DNA from: Rozella allomycis CSF55
Lineage: Eukaryota
Direction of reading: 5' to 3'
Assembly: GCA_000442015.1 (NCBI GenBank)
Contig: KE561209.1
Location: 493,607-557,606 of the forward strand
Length of the DNA: 64,000 nucleotides
Shown: positions 38,842 through 53,390 of the stretch, piece after piece
Layout: each line of letters starts with the position of its first letter
Numbering within the stretch: position 1 is the stretch's first letter
Notes under the pieces: model-generated
Told to the model about the DNA's origin: nothing
The model's database searches: none
What the model saw: only the letters and a program-made list of their open reading frames with translations
Program-made: the position numbers and the translations under genes

Positions 38842-40113
38842 TTACAATTTATTATTACAGATATATACACCAATATCCAATCTTTTGCTAAATGTTGGTA
38901 GTTTTCTTTCGAGGTTATCGTATTGACAAGAGATCTCTTCGCTTGTCTCATCAATCACAATGCGTTCAACCTTACACTTTAGTTTTCTCTCCAACGTTTC
39001 CACCAAATCTTTTATTCGAATGCTACTTACAAATATATTTAAGACCATCTTGTCCAATCCATTTAATACACGCGCCCTTACTCTAATGGATTGAATACCA
39101 TTTGATAAACTCTTCCTTAGGCTGTTCTCTTTATAGCTGCTACAATGATTCGGCACCAAAATGTGATCGGCACTTGGACGTCTTCCTGCATTTAAATAGG
39201 TTTGGGATCCTGTTGAAGGAAGGTCAAAAGAATCTATTTCGTTCGCGATTCTTATATCTTCCTCACGAAGATCAAAGAAGGTACCAAATTCAAAACTTAA
39301 ATTATTTTTTTCGGCCAAAACAGCAAGATTTTGAAGAATCATTTGCAAGGACTTAAGGTGCTGGTCTTCTAACCCACTAAAGCATGCGTTAATAGAACTA
39401 TTTGATACATTGCATTTTTCCAAAAAGGATTTAATCTCAAATCTGTCTCTGTATATATAATAAGACTTCAATGCATTATCGATTCTGCAACGATAAAACG
39501 AGCTTGAATTTAGAGTCAATGACGTTTCAACTGTTACTTTTTCGATATTTTGAGATTTGTTGGGCTCAATGAATGTCAAATCAAAGTTCGGAGGCAAGCA
39601 TTGGATTTCAACAACATAATGATCTACCCACTTAATATAACGGTCCCGAAGACGAAGAATTTGGTAACCTCTTTCCGATTGATCGGTTATTTTCACGATT
39701 TCACCTTCATTTAAATTGGATACTGTCCCTTTAACGTTATAGAGAACCATTCCGTACACAGGAAAGGGTTTTTCAGAATACTTTTCAACTCCACATTTGT
39801 ATGACTTGGGATAGTTGTAACCAATCTCTTGTTCAATTTCAAAATAATTCTGTAAGGGCTCGATGAAATCCTTCGAAATAGTTCCGCAAATTTTCGATAT
39901 AGGGTTTACAAATACAAGATTCTCTTCTTCTTTCAAAAATACATCGATAATCTGGCCTTTATGAGCGTCAGATACATCCTTTTTAACCACACAACGGTGG
40001 ACTTTTTGCATCTCTCCTGTGGTTTGAGAAGGACCCCCTGGAAACCTATCTTGTCTAAAAATAGGCCCCGCGCCTAAAAAAATAAACAAAACATGAATAG
40101 GGAAGTAAAACAA
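38842..40113 (-). CDS. Divergent Bem1/Scd2-like scaffold (SH3-SH3-PX-PB1-like); real start may be the ATG near 40011
   Basis: Long intronless ORF; SH3-like KVHR...NPISKICGTISKDFIE and PVYGMVLY...VVEI, PX-like YYIYRDRFE, PB1-like SIRVRARV...DLVETLERKL. Confidence 0.5.
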   Translation of the reverse strand: MFYFPIHVLFIFLGAGPIFRQDRFPGGPSQTTGEMQKVHRCVVKKDVSDAHKGQIIDVFLKEEENLVFVNPISKICGTISKDFIEPLQNYFEIEQEIGYNYPKSYKCGVEKYSEKPFPVYGMVLYNVKGTVSNLNEGEIVKITDQSERGYQILRLRDRYIKWVDHYVVEIQCLPPNFDLTFIEPNKSQNIEKVTVETSLTLNSSSFYRCRIDNALKSYYIYRDRFEIKSFLEKCNVSNSSINACFSGLEDQHLKSLQMILQNLAVLAEKNNLSFEFGTFFDLREEDIRIANEIDSFDLPSTGSQTYLNAGRRPSADHILVPNHCSSYKENSLRKSLSNGIQSIRVRARVLNGLDKMVLNIFVSSIRIKDLVETLERKLKCKVERIVIDETSEEISCQYDNLERKLPTFSKRLDIGVYICNNKL

Positions 40114-40146
40114 AAATCAAGAACTTTGAAGAAGATTTTTTAGATT

Positions 40147-41135
<989 letters not shown>

Positions 41136-41204
41136 AGTTTGGGAAATTTCAATTATCGAATGGATGGCGCAAGGAACTATAGTAAATCAAATTAGATTTA
41201 TTTT

Positions 41205-42218
41205 CTACTTACAAAACGGATATTTATATTTCCTCGACGATACAGTGTCGCAAAATAACTTTCTCATTAATTCTCTTTCTTTGACGTAATGTGCCGTTAT
41301 TAAGGATCTAATTTCGGAAGATAAGATTCGTCTTGACGTTTCTAAACGATTAAAAGGAAGATAATAATTAAAATAAGGGCTATGAACCTTGGTGATACCA
41401 AATTTGTACATGCAATAAGAAATGGTCAAATCATTGGCCCCCTTATAAGGGCACTTCCACGAATAGAAACTTGGAACCATTTTTATAAGAGCTGGTCCAG
41501 AAATTATAATTCCAGCACCCCCGCTATAAAACGCTATATCTTTTTGATATTCTTTGTCCCAAACATGACCTGAAAATGTATAAATATATCAATGGTTACC
41601 GAATGATATAAGCAATCTATGATCGTATCTATTCAGATGTAGGATTAGATTCTCTACGTTTACAAATGTGTCATCATCCACCAACATGATCCATTTGAAT
41701 TTCTCTAAGAATCCTTTTTTACTTTGAAATAACCATTGAAGCCCTTTAATTTGACGGTGTTGAGCGTCTTCGAATGATGACTTGCCTTTTAACTCCTCTA
41801 AACTGATCATTCCCAGATCCTCAATTTGTTCATCTGCAAATATATAGACTTGCGATACTAGGCTAAGCCAAGTTTCCCTTAATGCTCTCGTCCTGTCTTC
41901 AAACTTCTTCGATCCCATCACCACGAATAAGATGTCATTTTCAAATAATGGCTCTTTCGGCTGTCCAAACTCGGAAATCATGCTTTCCAGACTCAATTGA
42001 GTAATATATGATAGGCATGAACTTCTGGCAACTTTGTACAATACTTCATTCACTTCATTAACAGATTTCGGGGCTCTATTCTCTTGTAATTCAGTGGGTA
42101 TCATTGATATTTGAATCACTGTAGGATTTTCAAAGTAGAAATAGTAACCAAAAATTACAACTGCAAATATACACGACGATAAAATTAAATTCCTTGACAA
42201 TGATTTTGCCTTCAACAT
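41205..42218 (-). CDS. Fringe-like GT31 glycosyltransferase
   Basis: Type II TM anchor, RETWL, KWIMLVDDDTFVNVENL, GGAG, ANDLTISYC, TAHYV. Confidence 0.85.
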
Positions 42219-42323
42219 TTACAAAAATTCATTTCCTAGTTAGAATTCCTTCCTTTATTCCCTCAAACAAATGAACATCATAAATCATGTTTTGAAATCT
42301 ATTTCTCCATAGCCACAGCGTAC

Positions 42324-44340
42324 ATGTCAACAAATCCATTATTTTATTATTCCATACCGTTTATTGAACCACAGTCAGATTTCAATGAATGGACACAGCA
42401 TAAAATACAGGAAGGCGGAAGGTCTTTCTTTGGAAAGGTGTATTTCCAGGAAACTAGGCAGAGGCATGTGTTACCATTGACATGCATTTGGAACAAATCT
42501 CTTGAAAATCACGGATTTGTGCTTATTCCAGCTGACCGATTAAAGAAATTAGAGGAATGGGAACCGATTGCGCAATCATTAAAAAGAGTGAAGCATAGCG
42601 TAAATGGATTATGGATTGGTAGTTCTTGGTTGGATGCTCATCGCTACAAATTATTTATAGGTACGATTAAAATATACATAAATCAGGCGCAGAATCACAC
42701 AAAGGCAATGACTTATCATTTGAAGGTAAAACCATGCTGGAGAGAATGAAAAAAATGTTGGCAAAACAAAGATTATCAAACGTAACAAATGAAATTCCAT
42801 GGATTATGATGCGCTCCTCCCAATTGGTTGTCAGCAAGTAAGGCCCTATATTTTCTCAATATTGATCAATTCAACGAGCGTTTACTTCAGGTTTGACACT
42901 CAAGACATTAATGCTGAATGGTATACCTTTTAACAATCAGTCACTTGAAAATATAGCAATAGTAAAATATGGTCTGTAACATTAGAGGCTNTAATGGGAT
43001 ACCTTTCAACAATCAATCACTTGAAAATATAGCAATAGTAAAATATGGTCTGTAACATTAGAGGCTATAACTGATGCAAAACATTTGGAAGTACTTTCCT
43101 TTAGTAGAGCTGAAATCGGTGATCAGGGACTTAAAGGTAAATCTACAATTATCTTCTAAACAAGTTATCGCTTCATCAATAAAGAATTCCAACACATTGA
43201 AGTGGGTTGATTTATCTCAGTGCCAATTGACTGACTCTTCTGTGATTTATATTCATGACATACTTACAGTAATGATACGTGATCTAAATTACAGCATCAA
43301 AGTGCCATACTCCATTCCGACATGTGGAAAACCTCATTGAGGGCTGTCTATAGGGTGAACCAAAAAGAGACCAATTTAAAGCCATTGCGTAATGAAAAAG
43401 GTATTAAAAGACTGAATCTTTCTTGTAATCACTTTACTGATGAACTTTTGTCAATGCTTTTGAGTATTTTGGAGGATTCATTGGTTGTTGAAGGTATCAG
43501 GTGCAGTTTCACCCTAATAAAGCTCTTGAAGTTCAATTTAATGAATTCTCTGCAGATAAAATTCAAGAGATTCAAACTTTTCTTCTAAACAATAAGCATG
43601 ACTTGATTATGTTCGACATACGAAACAACACCGGCTACACTTTGGAAGACTACAATACTTTAAAGAAACATATTAATCCTTCCTTACCAGCAATTTTGGT
43701 AACTCTATTACCCTAATTTTATAGAGGTGGAAAGAGCTTGACCCAGAAGATCCTTTGGCTATAACTTACTGGAATGACAAGCCCATATTAAACGGAATTA
43801 AATCTGCATCAAACCCTAAACTTAAGAAGATCCCCAAAGTGAAACCTGTAGTAAAAGCAAAAGATATCGCAGGGAAGAACAAAATTATTCAATTAGCGAG
43901 GTCGCAAACTCCAAAAAAAGATACGTCACATAAAAGCAAATCAAATAGAACAAATACCTTTGAAAACAAATTAGTGGTCCGCAGTAGATTTACCAAAATA
44001 AGGGAAGATTCTCAAAGCGACGATAATTTGCCTCCTCTTCAAGATCGAATTTCAGAAATTAATGATATAAAAGTTAATTCTGCAAGCGGTTTCACAAAAG
44101 ATACGAATTTGCAAAATGTGGAGATTTTCAACGAGTTATTTGATGATTGTGTTCTGAAAAATTGTTTCAAAAAGCTTACAATTGATCGTCCAATTATAAA
44201 TGATCCTGACATTATAGATACTTTAAATCGAGGAGATGAGGGCAGTTATAAAAAGAGTTCATCATCCACTGATTACAACTTTATCACAGCTGCGATAGAG
44301 AAGTATACACTAAATAAATGCTTTACTTAGTTTACTTTAG
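42324..44340 (+). CDS. CEP78: Centrosomal LRR protein, CEP78-like
   Basis: ADRLKKLEEWEPIAQSLK, LKTLMLNGI, IGDQGLK, MWKTSLR, GIKRLNLSCN, FDIRNN follow the CEP78 motif order; ~75 bp duplicated at the N at 42992. Confidence 0.72.
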
Positions 44341-44406
44341 TTAAAAATTTGTACTCTGAGCGGAGATTAATGTAAGTCAAAGCCACAAACATAACAATTA
44401 ATTGGC

Positions 44407-45785
<1,379 letters not shown>

Positions 45786-45817
45786 ATGATGGAATTTAAT
45801 TGGGTTTAAAACTTTTA

Positions 45818-47696
45818 TTAATAGCGTCTTTGACCATAAGATCCATTATAATTGTAGTGTTCTCCAGGGCCACCAGAGCCACCATAGTCATAATCGTTTC
45901 TATTATCGTTTGTATGTTGATGCATCCTATGATCATTCCTTTGATTTCCGCTTCTTTGGCTTCTATCATAAGGTTGGCGATTATACTGCTGTTGACCGTA
46001 CTGCTGCTGTTGAGAGTTACGGTTATATCCAGAGCCTGGATTGCGTTGCTGCATCCCTTGTCTGCCCCTACCTTTGTCCATTCTGCCTTTTCGTCCTCGA
46101 TGTTCAAAACCTTTCATATCAATATCTGTTTGGTGCTCTTGACCCATACCGGGTATAACATCTGATTGGTAATATTCTTTGTGTTAATTGAAATTTACGA
46201 GGCTTACCTTGAGGCATTTTTTGCTGAGGTGGTGGTGGCTGTTGTTGAATGAGTTGATCATCTTCGATTGAAAGACCCATGGCGGCGGCAGTCTCTTTAC
46301 CTAAAATATATCGATCTTGCATCGTATCTTGTGGTCTATGTCTCGCCCAAAATCGAGCGCAATGATCGTTACTTCCAGACACGAGTAAATGACCCACAGG
46401 GTGCCTATTATTCAAACAGCTAAATATATACCAATCTAATGTCCATATAGCTTGGTCATGTGCTTCCTCTAATACCCCAACAGGCTTATCAAGACTAATT
46501 AAGATGACAATGTATAAATTACCCAACCAACCATGTCAAAATAGAACCGTCAGAGCCACTGGTACAAAATAGAGATTCATGAACTGGGTGCCATCTCAAG
46601 GCTTATTAAATATATCACTTATCATTTACCATTAACTTCTTTCTTATGCCCTTTAAAGGATTGCATCTCTTTCATCATTCTTATGTCATACAGTTTGACT
46701 GCCTGATCACGTCCGACAGTCAACAGCCAGTTTCCGTTCTTATTCCACTTCAAATCAAATATTGTATTTTTATGACCATGTCTATATCAAAAACCGAACT
46801 TTGCTTTTACAGCGTAGTCAAATTACATCCAGACTTTGGATCCCAAAGCTTTAATAAATTATCTTTACTTCCTGATGCCAGGAGTGATTTAGTTGGATGC
46901 CAATCTAAACATTTCACATCCCATCCGTGACCAGTTAGTGTTCTTTCTTCCAAAGCATCGTTAAAGGACCAAATTTTAATTGTTCCATCATCTGAACAAG
47001 AAGCAAATTTGGAATCTGAAGGGGAAAAGGTTAAAGCGCGAACAGGATCTTTATGTGCGTTTATTTGCTTGATGTTATTTAAATTTGGCTGCCAGTATTT
47101 AATGATACCAGTATGATCGGCTGATATTAGTATGTTGCCGCTATGTGACCATTCCATACATCTGACAGCAGAATCATGAGCCTAAGTTATTACTCTTCAA
47201 TATAAAGTACTTGTAAAATTGTCTCAAAGTTGAATGTGAATCCATTCCATAATGTAAATTCACCAGAAGCACAACCTGTTATCAGTCTCCTGCCTTCTGG
47301 GTTCCACTTTGTAATATATTTAAATCCGTGTTACTCTCACAACGTTGACGGGACATCTAACTTTATTGACAGAAGTATGGATGTATCTTGTGCATACTGC
47401 GTTTATAGGCTCATCCTCATATACTGATGGTGGAAGCATCTATATCTTGATGGTATTAGCGATTTTACATTCATTAGGTAGGTAGAGTCATTTAGAACCG
47501 GTGGATAATCTACAGCGGATTTGCAAACTAGACGATTCTCGTAAAAAACTATTTATTATTTTACTTCAATCCAATTAGCTAAATCGGACATATAATCTAT
47601 GGTTCGCCTTTGAATGGCTTCTCTTATTCTTTTCCCGTCAAAAACCAATTTTGGGACGATGTACCTAGCGTTCCCCTCTCCAGTTGTTTTTATCAT
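45818..47696 (-). CDS. PFS2: Polyadenylation factor Pfs2/WDR33
   Basis: [57 protein letters not shown]; low-complexity G/R/Q/N tail. Confidence 0.93.
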
Positions 47697-47895
47697 GGAA
47701 AATTGTTTCCAGAAATTTCAGATCCATAAAAAGAAAATCCACGATTCGAATAAACAAAAAACATTTATTAAATTTTACAGTTAATTATTATTGTTAACAT
47801 TGCAACTATAATGTCATTTCAATTTCACGATGGAGTGGCTTGACAAATTCACACTTTTAAAATCATATGACTCGCTCTTCCCCTGGTCAAAACTT

Positions 47896-49661
47896 ATGTC
47901 AAGTAATTTTTGTAGGTTTTATTCAAAAGGAATATACATTGATCTTGTTAAAGGCAGTGATGATACTGGAAAAGGGACTGAAGCCTCACCCTATCTTTCT
48001 CTTTTGAAGGCATTGGAATTGAACACTTCCGCTTCCGATGATTCTTTTGCTGTTAAAAAGGATGAAAGTGGGGAATATGAACCTGCTTCAAAGTCTGCAC
48101 TGAAAAAAGCAAAAAGTGCTTTAGAAGCAAAAGAAAAGAAGGCCAAGAAATTGGCAGAAAAGGCCGAGGAGCAAAAAGTAAGCGAATAAGGTCTATAACA
48201 TAAAGGCTGCTGATGCGCAAAAAATGGAAGAAGAAATGGCTAGATTGGAACTAGCAAAGTCAATTAAGATTGAAGAAGATGCATCTTTGCCACAAGCGAA
48301 ATTAATTAAGCTTAGAGACACTGTTGCTAACCGTAGTCATAGAGTGAGAGTGAAAGGATGGGTTCATCGTTTAAGAACTCAAGGAAAGTCTTTAATGTTT
48401 GTTGTTTTGAGAGATGGGACTGGATTTTTGCAATGTGTGTTGAATGATAAATTATGTCAAACATATGATGCGATTACTTTGACTAGAGAATCAACAATAG
48501 AAGTGTTTGGAACTCTAAAGCTTGTTCCAGAAGGCAAAACTGCACCTGATGGACATGAATTGATAGTTGATTATTGGAAAGTGATTCATAAAGCCCCTGG
48601 TGGTTTGGATGCATTTGAAAACAAATTTAATACCGAGTCAGATCCTAGTGTGCTATTGGATCAACGCCATTTGGTTCTTCGTGAGGACAAAACGACGAAA
48701 ATTCTTAAACTTCGCTCAGCCATTCTCTTTGCGTTTCGTCAACATTTTTTTGAAAATGGATATTTTGAAGTTACCCCACCATGCCTTGTTCAAACACAAG
48801 TTGAAGGAGGATCAACACTCTTTCATTTGCAATACTACGGTCAACCAGCCTATTTAACTCAATCATCTCAACTTTATTTGGAAGCTGCATGCCCTGCCCT
48901 TGGAGATGTTTTTTGTATTCAAGAATCATTTAGAGCTGAAAAGTCAAGCACTCGCCGCCATCTTTCTGAATACACCCACTTGGAAGCTGAATGCCCATTC
49001 ATTTCTTTTGATCAACTTTTAGATCGCTTAGAATTCTTAATCACTGACGTTGTTGACAGAATAACAACTGGACCTTTCAAGGAAATGTTTTATGAAATGA
49101 ACCCTGGATTTGTGGCTCCAAAGAAACCTTTCCGTAGAATGCGCTACGTTGAAGCCATCCAATGGTTAAATGAACATGGAGTTCTCAAGAAAGACGATGA
49201 TGGAAATGAAGTTGGTCCTTTTGAATTTGGAGATGTAATTTATTTATTTCTTGTTTAATTAGGACATTCCTGAAGCCCCTGAAAGATTGATGACTGACAC
49301 TATCAACGAGCCAATCATGTTGTGTGAATTCCCCGCTGAAATTAAATCATTCTACATGCCACGTTGTTCCCACGATAACCGTGTTACTGAATCTGTTGAT
49401 ATCCTCATGCCTGGAGTTGGTGAAATTGTTGGTGGCTCTATGCGTATCTGGGATCTTCAAGAACTCATGGCTGGCTACAAGCGTGAAGAAATTGATCCAT
49501 CTCCTTACTACTGGTTCACCGATCAGCGCAAATACGGCTCTTACCCACATGGTGGATATGGTCTCGGTGTTGAACGTTTTCTTGCTTGGCTCTTGAACTT
49601 GGATCACGTTAGAGAAACTTGTCTCTTCCCTCGTCATTATGGTCGTCCATGCCAACCTTAA
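47896..49661 (+). CDS. DED81: Cytosolic asparaginyl-tRNA synthetase
   Basis: [65 protein letters not shown]. Confidence 0.95.
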
Positions 49662-49744
49662 ATAAATCTCATCTTTACCTTAAAGCTTTCTTGATTTATT
49701 TCATTTCTCAGTACTTTTTTCTTGATATTTCCTTTTTCAGACTC

Positions 49745-50298
49745 ATGATCTTTTCAACCCTAAGGAAATATTCTACACCCTTTATAACATTTCTGCTGGT
49801 TACATATCTGCTGTATTTTTGGAAGAAAAGAAAGTCCCTTCCGAAAGATAATACTCGAAAACTCAAACCAAGAAAGAAAATTACCATAGTTGCAAATAAT
49901 GTACTTGATTTAATATCATTTAATTGTAGGTATTATTAGATTCTAATCTTAATTCTATTCATGACAACTTGCGCCATATCGAGACTTTATTAGACAACAA
50001 TTTTGACGTGTATATTATATGCTTAATCGATAACATATCAAAAGAAATAATTGTGAGAAATGAACTATGTGCACTTTCTATAGAGCCACACAAGTTACTC
50101 TTTTGTTCTACACGCGAAGGAATAGTTGACATCGCCCGCCACATTAACCCGTTATGCCACATAGACACATTTATTGAAAATAGTAGATACATTTGTAGAT
50201 TTATTCCCGAAAATATACTCATTTCAGATCAAGACAATAAAGAATCTGGTTTCATCACATATCCATCAATTGAACATATCCACTTGGTAAAAAAGTAA
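49745..50298 (+). CDS. Pex22-like peroxin (N-terminal TM)
   Basis: TM followed by a basic stretch; FDVYIIC, HKLLFCSTREG, RHINPLCHID resemble the plant PEX22 motif KVLFCST...RQLEP.WHID. Confidence 0.65.
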
Positions 50299-50338
50299 CT
50301 AATAAATAATGATCAATATCCTAAATCATTTATTTTGG

Positions 50339-50940
50339 TTATATGGCCGCTCTGAATGCTGCTGTTCCAGCCCCTCCCAGTGTTTTGCTGTTTAATTTAG
50401 ACATTGCTGATTACCTGGATGTGGGATCTTCTTTTTTCAACAAAGCAATCAAATAAAATATTCCTGTAATGGACAAAAACACAGCGGAAACTACAAATTC
50501 TGAAAGTTGTACGACCCAATACAATACTGCACAAGCAATGTAGAAAATGGTTCTATATAAGGGTTTGGACGCAGTCTGCAAAAAGTTTCGTCTATTAAAC
50601 AATAATCAATTAGATTACAGTGGACCACCTTCACGAAAACATTTCATAAACAATGGAATTTCTAAACTAAGAACAATGACTCCTAGAACACTATTAATCA
50701 GCCAACAAATACATTACACAGAGACCACAGCAAATACTATAGCACCTGCTTTACTGAAATTGAATAAATTGGCTATCCCAGTGGCAAATATAACTATCAT
50801 GCATAAATCCAATGTATTTTACTGATTCCGGTTATGATAGCAGCCCTAATTAATTAAATAAATAATTCTTATTACCACTGACCGTAAACTGCAAACTTTC
50901 CTGACCTAACTTCCTCCTTGAACGAATCCCAAACACTCAT
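50339..50940 (-). CDS. TVP18: Golgi membrane protein Tvp18-like
   Basis: FKEEVRSGKFAVYGQW, LEIPLFMKC, C-terminal SKTLGG; 5 mini-introns. Confidence 0.75.
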
Positions 50941-51205
50941 TTTGTGGCGCAGATTCCTGTACCAATCTTATCATTGTTCCACTACAATTAAACATGGCAA
51001 ACATTAAATATCCCATCGTCTAATTGTACATTTATTCAACAAAACTATTCAATGACAATAAAGCTACACAACTAAGCGTTAGCATTTCCCGCCGTTTCGT
51101 TTCACTGAGTTGGTATATTCATAATCTAAAAATTAGAATTTGATTATATGAATAATATATGAATTTTGTTGTGTGAATTTTATTTTAGATCGGCAATTTT
51201 ACGAA

Positions 51206-52159
51206 ATGAATGAGGACCCATTTTATCTAGTTTTCGAGTAATTTCGAATCGCCAAAATCATAGGGATATATCTCTTTCACTAAACCGAATAGAAAAATTA
51301 CTACAACAGGATCGATCTCTTTGGAAGTTGGATGAAATTAAGAACCAGTTGAAGACAGTAGAATTAGATATTAATGAGCTATCAGATACAATTAATATCC
51401 TTTTTGTCTGGAAAATATCTTTGATTTGAGGTTTTTCTTAACTTATCAACGGGTAGTAGAATCGAACCCCTCAAAGTTTAACATCTTGAAAACAGAAATA
51501 GAGAAAAGAAAAAAGTTGGTCCAACAAACTCTAGAGAAAATTGCAGTAAGCTCCAATATTAGTATTCATTTGAAACATAGGCAGCTGATTATGATCATAC
51601 CACCTAGCAATGCCCCATCATTGATGAGTCCGAGTGTCAGGCAGTCGCCTACTACTTTTACAAAAGATTATAGATCGGTATAATTTACACTATATCTTCT
51701 TTAGGCATTATTAAACACTAATGTACCCAAGGATCCTCTACTTAACTCTCCAACAATAAATTCGGCAGACTTCATTCAAACTCAACAACAGCAACAGCAG
51801 GTAATATGAATTACATAGACATAACAGGAAATATTAGCAAGACAAGATGACCAACTTGATGTAGTTCTCGGAGCTATTTCAACAATAAAGGATCAAGGCT
51901 ACACGATTCATACTGAATTGTCTGATCAGCAAGGGTATGCAAACACGAAATAATCAACAGGCTATTAAACAAATTAGATATTCAAGTAGACTCAACTCAA
52001 GGTAGATTGAACACGGCTATGAATCGATTGGGAAAAATATACAATGACACAACTGGTAAGTATATGTGGAACCTTTAATGAGAAAAACATTCCACTTTTT
52101 GTATTATAATTTTAATATTTATCCTGATAGCTTTGCTCTTAGCTATTATATATATTTAG
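51206..52159 (+). CDS. STX6: Syntaxin-6/Tlg1 Qc-SNARE
   Basis: MNEDPFYLV, ELSDTIRVVESNPSKFNI, QDDQLDVV...ELSDQ SNARE motif, C-terminal TM. Confidence 0.88.
51395..51450 (+). other. U12-type AT-AC intron (copy at 57095-57150)
   Basis: 5' ATATCCTTT, branch-like TTTCTTAAC, 3' AC; removal gives in-frame TIRVVESNP. Confidence 0.9.
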
Positions 52160-52160
52160 T

Positions 52161-53324
52161 TTATTTATTGTTTAATAAATTCAATCGATAATGAGACAAA
52201 CGGAGGAAGTCTTGATCTCTTATTGGGTCTGCTATCTCTGACACTTTTTCATATATATCTTTTGCAGTTTTAAGCATACCAGCATGCTAAAATAGACTTT
52301 GTAACCACATTACCTCTTCAATCATAGCCAAGTTGCACAGCACTAGCGGTTTCATTCGATCATTAGCTGCTGAGTACGCCCTTTGGCCTAAAATGCGGGC
52401 CTCTCTGAACTTTCCTAGATATGAATATGTGGCAGCCGCATTATTGTATAGTATGGGGAGTCGTGGATGATGAGGGTCTTCTTGAAGTAAAAATTCTACA
52501 GCCTTTCTATAAACACCCTAATTTTAACAAAAATCAAATTGTACCAAAGCTAAAGCATAATCGCCTTTATCTAACCAAAGTTCGCCTGCACATTCCATGA
52601 TGGCAGCCAATTGGAGCTTTTTACTGTCTGGGATCTTTAGAATGGAATATTTTTCATCCCTTCGCTTGATCTTTCTCTTGAATCTTTCCAATGTCTTTTT
52701 AGGCCACGGAAAGCTTTCTTCGTCTGGTAGTTCTAGGAGTGTCAACATTGCGTTGTTGAAACTTTCTTCGGCCTTTCCAATTTGGCGAGACGATTTATAT
52801 ACTTGACCCATCCGTTGATGAATAGCGGCTTTTTCACGCACCAGATTTTCATAATTATCATTTCTTTGATCTATCATTTTTAGGACATTTTGATAACACG
52901 ATAAAGCCTTTTCTTCATCTTTCAGTAAATATTGATAGACTTGGGCTAAATTGAGATCTATTTTTTCAGTTAGCATCTAGAAACAACATGGCTCACTTTT
53001 TACATGATTGTCGCCTTTAATTCTACTACAGAGATCTCTGGCGTGTAATAGATATTTTTCTATTTCAGAGGCATCCTTTTCATCACTATATAATGCTTTA
53101 AGCAAAGGTATCCGGACGCTAGGGGGATATTCCCAAACCAATTGGTATTGTCTATAATACATGAATGCACCCAGAGCAGATGATAAAAGCAATATATGAA
53201 AAAGTTTTCTGTAAGCGGGCTTAGAATAATTCAAAAGATTTACAGTCGTATTGTATTTACGATGGTGGTTTAATTTGTAGTATAATGGCGACAATTTCAT
53301 TACCCGGAATTGAGGGCCTGGCAT
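52161..53324 (-). CDS. TM + TPR protein, probably mitochondrial (Mgr3/TTC19-like)
   Basis: Basic N-terminus, single TM, TPR-like helices, 3 mini-introns. Confidence 0.6.
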
Positions 53325-53390
53325 TATTGAAATTTCCAAAAGGTAAATAATTCCCTTTTTAGATCCCAAAAAAGGATTAAACAAGTCAAT

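Noticed and set aside
45796-46165. Several overlapping ORFs on both strands
   Set aside because: Shadow frames of the low-complexity Pfs2 tail
51070-51100. GTTAGCA / TGCTAAC matching the U6atac or U4atac stem I
   Set aside because: No AAGGAGA box, stem II or properly placed Sm site recognisable; a 7-mer match alone is insufficient
51546-51572. 27-nt GTAAG...TTG segment in STX6 counted as firm evidence
   Set aside because: It is in frame with no stop, so it could be coding; weak candidate only
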